From Parabacteroides sp. (GTDB lineage: Bacteria; Bacteroidota; Bacteroidia; Bacteroidales; Tannerellaceae), in the NCBI GenBank assembly GCA_034091205.1, contig JAXDRC010000015.1, positions 15,167 to 79,166 of the forward strand: a stretch of 64,000 bases of DNA, read 5' to 3'. This document shows positions 29,396-36,632 of this stretch, piece by piece; within the stretch, counting starts at the first letter, position 1; every line of letters starts with the position of its first letter. Under the pieces are notes generated by a model. The model had not been told where the DNA came from, ran no database searches, and saw nothing but the letters and a program-made list of their open reading frames with translations. The position numbers were made by a program, and so were the translations under genes.

Positions 29396-30949
29396 TTAGA
29401 ATTCCCATATCAAAGGAATCAGGAATATTGAAATCAGGAATGTAATAAAGTTCAAAGGCAATCCGATTTTAACGAAATCCGTGAACTTGTATCCACCGAT
29501 ACCTTGAACTATCAGATTTGTCTGATAACCAATTGGCGTACTAAAACTGGCAGAAGCTGCCATACATATAACAACAAAGAAAGGAGTTGGTTCAACACCC
29601 AACTGATTTGCTACTGAAAGAGCTATCGGGAAACTTAGCGCAGCAGCTGCATTATTGGTTATAAGTTCGGTGAAAATATTAGTTATAATAAATATTACAG
29701 CCAAAAGAGCATAAGGTCCAAGTCGGTCTGTCATACCTATTATATAATGTGCTATCATATCAGCTACGCCCGAATTAACCATTGCTTTACTGATAGCAAA
29801 AGCACAGGCAATAGTTATCAGAATATCCCACGAAATATATTTCGTATATTTCTTAGGTGGGAAAATCTTTGTCCATGCCATAATTATCGTAGTAATACAA
29901 ACGAAAAAGAACATATCCAGTTTCAAATCCGGGAATGTTTCTTTCGTTATTGGCAATTCACCTATAGTTGCTCCAAGAATCATGAAAATCAACAATCCCA
30001 AAGCCAACATACGTTTCTTTGGAGAAACTTCTTCCTGTGAATCTTTTCCGTTGGCAAGCATAAGGAAGACGCTGGATTCACCCCATGTCGGAATGAACGT
30101 ATCATCTGCCCATAAGACCAAAGTGTCACCTTCATTCAAACGGACTTTGTCCAGATTGTGAGTAAACCTTCTTCCTCCGCTTATTACTTCTTTAACAATA
30201 GCACCATAATGACGAGTAAAATTAAATTCGCCCAACGTCTTGTTCAAACCCGGGAAACGTGCTCCAAGCACGGCTTCGACTTTATGCAGATTCCCAAGTT
30301 CTTCTTCTGATGAATCATCAGAGTCTGTTTTACTGGATGAATCAGGAAGAAGTTTGTTTGAGAATATAAAAAGGTAAATCAGACCGAACAATGCAACGAT
30401 AAAACCGACTTTGCCCAATTCAAACATAGTAAAGCCTTCATATCCTGCATCCAATATCATTCCGTGAACCACCAGATTTGTTGACGTGCCAATCAAAGTA
30501 CACATACCGCCCAGGATAGTCACATATGATAAAGGTATAAGAAATTTTGTTGACGGAAGTTTAACATGTTCAGCCCATCTTTTTATAATAGGGGCAAATA
30601 TTACAACAACAGGAGTGTTGTTGAGAAATGCAGAAATAAATGCTATTGAGGGAAGCATCCGTAACTGTGCCTGGAAAATAGTGGTACTTTTCCTTGGTAA
30701 TAATTTCTTTATAAGCTTGCCCAACGCCCCGCTTTGCCTGACACCTTCGCTTACCAGAAATAGCATTCCAACGGTTATCATGCCCTTATTACTAAAACCT
30801 TCCAACATTTCCTTAGGGGTTAGTATTCCGGCACAAAGAAACAATACTGAGACCGTCAGCAGCACCATTCCCGGACGCATCTGATCCCAGATAAGGGCAG
30901 CTATCATCCCGGCTAGCACTGCCAATACAAAAAATATTTCAAAACTCAT
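29396..30949 (-). CDS. SLC13/DASS-family anion (sulfate-type) permease with central TrkA-C domains
   Basis: 517 aa of polytopic membrane protein. The central soluble region (LHKVEAVLGARFPGLNKTLGEF...LNEGDTLVLW) is typical of RCK-C inserts. Confidence 0.8.
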   Translation of the reverse strand: MSFEIFFVLAVLAGMIAALIWDQMRPGMVLLTVSVLFLCAGILTPKEMLEGFSNKGMITVGMLFLVSEGVRQSGALGKLIKKLLPRKSTTIFQAQLRMLPSIAFISAFLNNTPVVVIFAPIIKRWAEHVKLPSTKFLIPLSYVTILGGMCTLIGTSTNLVVHGMILDAGYEGFTMFELGKVGFIVALFGLIYLFIFSNKLLPDSSSKTDSDDSSEEELGNLHKVEAVLGARFPGLNKTLGEFNFTRHYGAIVKEVISGGRRFTHNLDKVRLNEGDTLVLWADDTFIPTWGESSVFLMLANGKDSQEEVSPKKRMLALGLLIFMILGATIGELPITKETFPDLKLDMFFFVCITTIIMAWTKIFPPKKYTKYISWDILITIACAFAISKAMVNSGVADMIAHYIIGMTDRLGPYALLAVIFIITNIFTELITNNAAAALSFPIALSVANQLGVEPTPFFVVICMAASASFSTPIGYQTNLIVQGIGGYKFTDFVKIGLPLNFITFLISIFLIPLIWEF

Positions 30950-31060
30950 GCCAATATCTTATTTCTTTACAGATTTAGCCGCAAATATACGAAGATATTG
31001 GATGAGTTTTGGAAAATCGCACTCTGATTTAAGCACAATAATACAAATAGACCAATATTG

Positions 31061-31885
31061 TCACGAAACGGAAGATACAGATTTTACGACAAACCAAGGA
31101 TTCTTCAGGTCTTCCTTGTTATACTTTATCGGAGTTTTTTCATCTATATGATATACCTCACATCCTGCGCCACGGGCAATTGCATGTCCGGCAGCCGTGT
31201 CCCACTCCATAGTTGGGGCAAATCGCGGATATATATCAGCCGAGCCTTCTGCAACAAGACAAATCTTCAAACTGCTGCCGCTGCTTATCAATGTTACCGG
31301 CAAGCCTTTTTTACGAAGATTATCAATATATCTTGTTGTTTCTTCTGTCTGGTGGGAACGGGAAGCAACAACAACTATTCCCTGGTGTGCTGCTGCCAAT
31401 GGTAATTTAGAAGCTCTTTCTTTTATTTCGTCATACGAAGGCTGAGTCATGCAATCCACATCAGAAAGTTTATATGCTCCCATATTATCTGATGAGAAAT
31501 AAAGCTCTTTTCTTACTGGAACGTAGATAACTCCAAGCACCGGGACATGATTCACCACCAATGCTATATTCACAGTAAACTCACCGTTTTTCTTTATAAA
31601 TTCCTTTGTCCCGTCAAGCGGATCAACAACCCAAAGAGTGTTCCAATCCTTTCTTTCACTATAAGGTACTTGCAATTCTTCCTCACTAAGCACTGGTATT
31701 GAAGTAGTAGACAGAATTCTGACAATAACTTCATTCGAAGCTTTGTCTGCCAATGTCAAAGGAGAGTTATCAGCCTTCATTTCAACACCAAAATCAGAAT
31801 CCGGATTATTGTAAATATCCAAAATAGACTTTCCGGCATCCAATGCCGCACGTATTGCGATATAAAGATAATTCTTGTATTCCAT
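31061..31885 (-). CDS. cysQ: 3'(2'),5'-bisphosphate nucleotidase (PAP phosphatase)
   Basis: Inositol-monophosphatase-fold motifs LWVVDPLDGTKEF and WDTAAGHAI. Confidence 0.85.
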   Translation of the reverse strand: MEYKNYLYIAIRAALDAGKSILDIYNNPDSDFGVEMKADNSPLTLADKASNEVIVRILSTTSIPVLSEEELQVPYSERKDWNTLWVVDPLDGTKEFIKKNGEFTVNIALVVNHVPVLGVIYVPVRKELYFSSDNMGAYKLSDVDCMTQPSYDEIKERASKLPLAAAHQGIVVVASRSHQTEETTRYIDNLRKKGLPVTLISSGSSLKICLVAEGSADIYPRFAPTMEWDTAAGHAIARGAGCEVYHIDEKTPIKYNKEDLKNPWFVVKSVSSVS

Positions 31886-31899
31886 AACTGTAAAATTTA

Positions 31900-32004
31900 G
31901 GGGACGAGGATAAACAGATACAAGGTTACAGATACAAGGCTACAGTATATATAAATCATCTGTTTACTTGTCAACTCGTTAACTTGCCCCTGCCTTCTCG
32001 TCAC
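31900..32004. repeat. variant stuttered hairpin (GATACAAGG / CTTGTCAACT words)
   Basis: GGGGACGAGGATAAACAGATACAAGGTTACAGATACAAGGCTACAG, a loop, then CTGTTTACTTGTCAACTCGTTAACTTGCCCCTGCCTTCTCGTCAC. Confidence 0.6.
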
Positions 32005-32072
32005 AAATCATTGATTTGCTAAAGTAGCAAATTGTCATGAACAATACAAAATTTTAATGTTACTTAAGTTTT

Positions 32073-32272
32073 CAAGTTGACAAGTTGACGAGTCTTCAAG
32101 GGATGTTTCAAAACTAATTTAAACACAGAGGCAGAGAACACAGAGATTTTATTTATTCTCAATATATTACCTCCGAGACTTCGTGCCTCTGTGATTGAAT
32201 TTTTATGTTTTACAAAACCCTACTTAACTCCTTAACTACTTGACTACTTGACTCCTTAACTACTTAACTCCT
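32073..32272. repeat. composite element: TTGACAAG-type arms enclosing a complete CACAGAG-type element
   Basis: The left arm is CAAGTTGACAAGTTGACGAG (32073-32092). The nested element occupies 32102-32220. The right arm is TACTTAACTCCTTAACTACTTGACTACTTGACTCCTTAACTACTTAACTCC (32221-32272) and overlaps the last codons of the adenosyltransferase gene. Confidence 0.75.
32102..32220. repeat. CACAGAG-type nested hairpin element (copy 2)
   Basis: GATGTTTCAAAACTAATTTAAACACAGAGGCAGAGAACACAGAGATTTT...GCCTCTGTGATTGAATTTTTATGTTTTACAAAACC. The first 29 nt differ from 4171-4199 at a single position. Confidence 0.8.
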
Positions 32273-32835
32273 TTCCTCTTATACGCAAACAAATTCCAAC
32301 GTTCTTCCTGCCAATTCTGCTTTTGCATTTCAAGCTTTGCCATTACAAAAAACAAATCCGACAATCGGTTTACATATTTCAATATATCTTCAGGCACAGC
32401 ATCTTTTCTGTTCAAAGTCCACAATCTCCTCTCGGCTCTTCGGGCGACTGTCCGTGCCAATTGCAATTGTGCAGACACAACAGTTCCTCCCGGAAGGATA
32501 AAAAAGCCGAGTTCCTCAACTTCCGAACTGAACTCGTCCAACTTATACTCAATGTCTGTAACAATATTATCATCCAGCGTATTCGGATTCTTATGGCGTA
32601 TTGCCGATGGTGTGGCAACAATGCTCATCACAACCATCAGATTACGCTGGATGTCATACAAAAGCCCATTCCATTCATGCTCCGGTTCCAAGAGGGAACG
32701 GACCACTCCAATCAAAGCATTAAGCTCGTCCAAACAGCCATTTGCCTCGATTCTTATATCATCTTTAGGAACTCTTTCTCCTCCGTGTATCCCGGTCGTT
32801 CCTTTGTCTCCAGAGCGTGTGTATATGCGTTTCAT
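32260..32835 (-). CDS. PduO-type ATP:cob(I)alamin adenosyltransferase
   Basis: N-terminus MKRIYTRSGDKGTTGIHGGERVPKDD. 191 aa. Confidence 0.85.
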   Translation of the reverse strand: MKRIYTRSGDKGTTGIHGGERVPKDDIRIEANGCLDELNALIGVVRSLLEPEHEWNGLLYDIQRNLMVVMSIVATPSAIRHKNPNTLDDNIVTDIEYKLDEFSSEVEELGFFILPGGTVVSAQLQLARTVARRAERRLWTLNRKDAVPEDILKYVNRLSDLFFVMAKLEMQKQNWQEERWNLFAYKRKGVK

Positions 32836-32916
32836 TATTATTCCTAATATTATTATGTATATATGTCACCTTAAACACAAATATTTCCCCAATCGATGCT
32901 ACCCAATTTATCGATT

Positions 32917-32992
32917 CACCTAGGTGAGCCAATCAATCCACCTAGGTGGGTAAATCAACTCACCTGGGTGGGTAAATCAGCTCACCTGGGTG
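32917..32992. repeat. array of 4 palindromes phased at exactly 22 bp (CACCTAGGTG / CACCTGGGTG)
   Basis: Palindromes lie at 32917-26, 32939-48, 32961-70 and 32983-92. The unit is CACCTRGGTGGGTAAATCARCT, and the array is flanked by the ATCGAT-containing inverted repeat AATCGAT..ATCGATT. Confidence 0.9.
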
Positions 32993-33401
32993 GATCGACA
33001 AATTTAACGCATTTCCTGGAACAAATCAAAAGCATAACAATGGAATATAATGCTATTGATTCCAACAAAGCTTGAATACACACTACTCTTTTTGTTACGT
33101 TTCTAATAATCTTTTCACGCACAAATCATATTAAGAAAACTTTCATGACAGGCAGACTTACAATATAAAGTCCCCGAAGAGCCAAGGCAACGGAATATCA
33201 TTATGTGTCAAGACATTATATCATCAAACGAGCTAATAGGGAATACACGGGGAAGTTGATATATAAAACATACCACACAAATGGCAACCATTTCGTCACA
33301 AGACAGAAACCACTGACATACAACGATTTCACCTTAAAAGAAAGAAGTTTTTTTCTTTTCTTCATAAAAATAGATTTCAAATTGAAAAAGTTTTAATTAA
33401 C

Positions 33402-33430
33402 TTTGGCAACTATAGAAAGTGTTACATTTG
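33402..33430 (+). promoter_or_regulatory. candidate promoter for the 2-oxoacid:ferredoxin oxidoreductase operon
   Basis: TTTG at 33402-33405 and exact TAnnTTTG (TACATTTG) at 33423-33430. The spacer is only 17 nt. It would give a leader of about 155 nt. Confidence 0.35.
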
Positions 33431-33591
33431 TTTATAACTAATGTTTAGCGGAATTCAATTTTTCGATAGACAAACAGGCGGTTCATCCGCAAAACAGCCG
33501 GAAAACACAGTTCCCCGGCAGTGGATGGGGATGGAAACCTAATTTTGCCACGGATGTTGGTTTCCTCTAAAATCAAACAAACTATAATTAT

Positions 33592-33825
33592 ATGGCAAAA
33601 ATAAAAGGAGCAGTTGTTGTGAATACTGAACGCTGCAAAGGTTGCAACTTATGTGTGGTTGCATGTCCCGCCAATGTTTTGGAACTCCACCCGAGAGAGG
33701 TCAACAACAAAGGCTATCACTATGTGTATATGAAGAATCCCGACAATTGTATCGGATGTGCAAGTTGCGGACTGGTATGTCCGGACGGATGTTTGACCAT
33801 TTACAAGAAAAAAATAGAGCTATAA
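33592..33825 (+). CDS. 4Fe-4S dicluster ferredoxin-type subunit (delta) of 2-oxoacid:ferredoxin oxidoreductase
   Basis: Two cluster motifs, CKGCNLCVVACP and CIGCASCGLVCP. 77 aa, first gene of the operon. Confidence 0.8.
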   Translation: MAKIKGAVVVNTERCKGCNLCVVACPANVLELHPREVNNKGYHYVYMKNPDNCIGCASCGLVCPDGCLTIYKKKIEL

Positions 33826-33879
33826 CCAAAGCTTGTTTCTTCAAGCTTTTCATCTTATTTCAATAAAAAAGCAATAATT

Positions 33880-34959
33880 ATGGCAGAAGATATAAAACTA
33901 ATGAAGGGAAACGAAGCCATCGCACATGCTGCAATCCGTTACGGAACAGATGGCTATTTTGGTTATCCCATCACACCCCAATCAGAAGTTCTGGAAACCC
34001 TTATGGCTGAAAAGCCTTGGGAAACAACAGGTATGGTTGTATTGCAGGCTGAAAGCGAAGTTGCAGCAATAAACATGGTATATGGCGGAGCCAGCACCGG
34101 GAAAGCTGTTATGACATCATCGTCAAGCCCTGGCGTAAGTCTGAAGCAGGAAGGAATTTCATATATTGCGGGAGCTGAACTTCCTTGCCTGATTGTAAAC
34201 GTAATGCGCGGAGGTCCCGGACTTGGAACAATCCAGCCCAGCCAGGCAGATTATTTCCAGACAGTTAAAGGTGGTGGACACGGAGACTACAGGCTCATAA
34301 CTCTTGCTCCTTCATCAGTACAGGAAATGGCAGACTTTGTTGCATTAGGATTTGACCTTGCTTTCAAATACAACAATCCGTCAATAATACTTGCAGACGG
34401 TATCATCGGACAGATGATGGAAAAAGTTGTACTTCCTCCTTTCCGTGAAAGAAGAACAGAAGAAGAAATCATCAAACAATGTCCTTGGGCTGCAAGGGGG
34501 AAACGTCCGGATCGCGACAGGAATGTGATTACATCATTAGAGCTTGACCCTGCAAAAATGGAAGAAAACAATATCCGCTTCCAGAAAAAATACAAAGTGA
34601 TTGAAGAAAACGAAGTGAGATATGAAGAGTTCCATTGTGATGACGCAGAATATTTGCTTGTAGCGTTTGGCTCTTCTGCCCGTATATGCCAGAAAGTTGT
34701 TGAAAACGCAAGAGCTGAAGGCTTGAAACTTGGTTTGCTGAGACCTATCACATTGTGGCCGTTCCCTAGCAAAGTTATTTCAGAATATGCCGACAAGGTT
34801 AAAGGTATGCTATCTGTCGAACTTAATGCCGGACAAATGGTTGAAGATATCAGACTTGCCGTTAACGGAAGGGTGAAAGTGGAACATTTCGGGCGTCTTG
34901 GCGGTATTGTTTTCACTCCGGATGAAGTGTTGAATGCCTTAAAAGAAAAATTATTCTGA
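33880..34959 (+). CDS. 2-oxoacid:ferredoxin oxidoreductase subunit alpha (Kor/Vor type)
   Basis: 359 aa. The N-terminal core of the PFOR family is MKGNEAIAHAAIRYGTDGYFGYPITPQSE. Confidence 0.85.
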   Translation: MAEDIKLMKGNEAIAHAAIRYGTDGYFGYPITPQSEVLETLMAEKPWETTGMVVLQAESEVAAINMVYGGASTGKAVMTSSSSPGVSLKQEGISYIAGAELPCLIVNVMRGGPGLGTIQPSQADYFQTVKGGGHGDYRLITLAPSSVQEMADFVALGFDLAFKYNNPSIILADGIIGQMMEKVVLPPFRERRTEEEIIKQCPWAARGKRPDRDRNVITSLELDPAKMEENNIRFQKKYKVIEENEVRYEEFHCDDAEYLLVAFGSSARICQKVVENARAEGLKLGLLRPITLWPFPSKVISEYADKVKGMLSVELNAGQMVEDIRLAVNGRVKVEHFGRLGGIVFTPDEVLNALKEKLF

Positions 34960-34963
34960 GAAT

Positions 34964-35146
34964 ATGACTAAAGGTAGTAAAGCTGACGAGATTATGACTT
35001 TGGTATTTATGGTTTTTGCCATTGCGGCAATTGCTTCATATATATATAGTTTCTCGTCGCCCGACAAAACAATCTTTCTATGCTGTGCCGGCGCTGCAAT
35101 CATAATGCGTGTGGTTCAGTATTTGCTGAGATTCTTTCATAAATAA
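34964..35146 (+). CDS. small hydrophobic protein (60 aa) embedded in the oxidoreductase operon
   Basis: Two predicted TM helices (IMTLVFMVFAIAAIASYIY and IFLCCAGAAIIMRVV). It starts 4 nt after the alpha-subunit stop. Confidence 0.45.
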   Translation: MTKGSKADEIMTLVFMVFAIAAIASYIYSFSSPDKTIFLCCAGAAIIMRVVQYLLRFFHK

Positions 35147-35161
35147 TGCTTCTCAACAATA

Positions 35162-35196
35162 AAGTTGAAAGGCTTCATACACAAGTTGACAAGGTT
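35162..35196. repeat. TTGACAAG-family half element (left-arm words only) inside the operon
   Basis: AAGTTGAAAGGCTTCATACACAAGTTGACAAGGT; the words are 21 nt apart. Confidence 0.6.
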
Positions 35197-35232
35197 TACA
35201 TAGCCTTAGTAATTAAAGAAAAGAATTAAGTT

Positions 35233-35994
35233 ATGGAACTCAATGATATTATCAAACCGGAAAATCTGGTTTACGGCAAGCCGAAATTAATGAACGACAA
35301 CCCTATGCACTACTGTCCGGGTTGCAGCCACGGCGTTGTTCACAAACTCATTTCTGAAGTTGTTGAAGAAATGGGGCTCGAAGGAAAAACCATAGGCATT
35401 TCGCCTGTTGGATGTGCTGTATTTGCTTATAATTATATTGATATTGACTGGATTGAAGCTGCTCACGGACGTGCTCCTGCCGTTGCGACTGCTGCAAAAC
35501 GACTGAATCCGGACAAGATGGTATTCACATATCAGGGAGATGGCGACTTGGCTGCTATCGGAACTGCAGAAACAATACATGCAGCAAACCGTGGAGAGAA
35601 TATAGTAATCATTTTCATCAACAATGCAATATATGGTATGACGGGAGGCCAGATGGCCCCGACAACTTTGGAAGGTATGGTTACTGCAACTTGCCCTTAC
35701 GGACGTGATATTGCCTTGAACGGCTATCCTCTGAAAATAAGTAACCTGCTTGCCCAGCTTGATGGGACTTGCCTGGTAACTCGTCAAAGCGTTCATACTC
35801 CTGCCGCAGTGCGCAAAGCTAAGAAAATGCTTCGCAAGGCTTTTGAGAACGCGATGGAAGGCAAGGGAACTTCTGTCGTAGAATTTGTTTCTACATGTGC
35901 TTCAGGATGGAAGATGTCTCCGGAAAAAGCCAACAAATGGATGGAAGAAAATATGTTCCCGGCTTATCCGTTAGGAGATTTAAAGAATGTATAA
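35233..35994 (+). CDS. 2-oxoacid:ferredoxin oxidoreductase subunit beta (TPP-binding)
   Basis: The TPP motif is YQGDGDLAAIG...NNAIYGMTGGQ. The Cys cluster is YCPGCSHG. Confidence 0.85.
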   Translation: MELNDIIKPENLVYGKPKLMNDNPMHYCPGCSHGVVHKLISEVVEEMGLEGKTIGISPVGCAVFAYNYIDIDWIEAAHGRAPAVATAAKRLNPDKMVFTYQGDGDLAAIGTAETIHAANRGENIVIIFINNAIYGMTGGQMAPTTLEGMVTATCPYGRDIALNGYPLKISNLLAQLDGTCLVTRQSVHTPAAVRKAKKMLRKAFENAMEGKGTSVVEFVSTCASGWKMSPEKANKWMEENMFPAYPLGDLKNV

Positions 35995-36015
35995 CCAGTA
36001 AATGTTGTGAAAATT

Positions 36016-36558
36016 ATGAAACACGAGATAATTATTGCAGGATTCGGAGGTCAGGGAGTACTTTCCATGGGTAAAATCCTTGCATATTCAGGTCTGATGG
36101 AAGGCAAAGAGGTGACATGGATGCCATCATACGGTCCGGAACAGCGCGGTGGAACTGCAAACGTGACAGTCATACTGAGTGATGACCCTATCAGCTCTCC
36201 TATCCTGAATGAATATGACATTGCTATCATTCTTAATCAACCATCATTGGAAAAGTTTGAGAGCAAAGTGAAACCAGGAGGGATACTTATTTATGACAGT
36301 TATGGCATACACACTCCGGTAAAGAGAACAGATATTCAAGTTTATAAAATCGATGCTATGGACGCTGCTACGGAAATGCAGAATGCAAAAGCATTCAACA
36401 TGCTGATTCTTGGCGGACTGCTTAAAATAGAGCCGATGGTGAAACTTGAAAACGTGTTGCTGGGACTAAAAAAGTCTCTTCCTGAAAGGCACCACAAATT
36501 GATTCCGATGAATGAGGCGGCAATCAAAAAAGGTATGGAAATCATTGAAAAGATATAA
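36016..36558 (+). CDS. 2-oxoacid:ferredoxin oxidoreductase subunit gamma
   Basis: MKHEIIIAGFGGQGVLSMGKIL. The ORF-track start at 36007 is GTG; the ATG at 36016 is preferred. Confidence 0.85.
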   Translation: MKHEIIIAGFGGQGVLSMGKILAYSGLMEGKEVTWMPSYGPEQRGGTANVTVILSDDPISSPILNEYDIAIILNQPSLEKFESKVKPGGILIYDSYGIHTPVKRTDIQVYKIDAMDAATEMQNAKAFNMLILGGLLKIEPMVKLENVLLGLKKSLPERHHKLIPMNEAAIKKGMEIIEKI

Positions 36559-36584
36559 TTCTTTTTATAAAAGATTAGAAAGCG

Positions 36585-36615
36585 GGGCATTTCTTGCATA
36601 AGAAATGCCCTTTTA
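36585..36615 (+). terminator. intrinsic terminator of the oxidoreductase operon
   Basis: GGGCATTTCT, loop TGCATA, AGAAATGCCC, followed by TTTT. Confidence 0.8.
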
Positions 36616-36632
36616 TTATATCTTTGCAGACC

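Noticed and set aside
32836-33100. Cobalamin riboswitch upstream of the PduO-type adenosyltransferase gene
   Set aside because: I read the minus-strand leader and found no B12 box (GCCACTG-like) or the conserved AGGGAA/GGTGC elements. The region is instead occupied by the 22-bp palindrome array. A cmsearch would be needed to exclude it formally.
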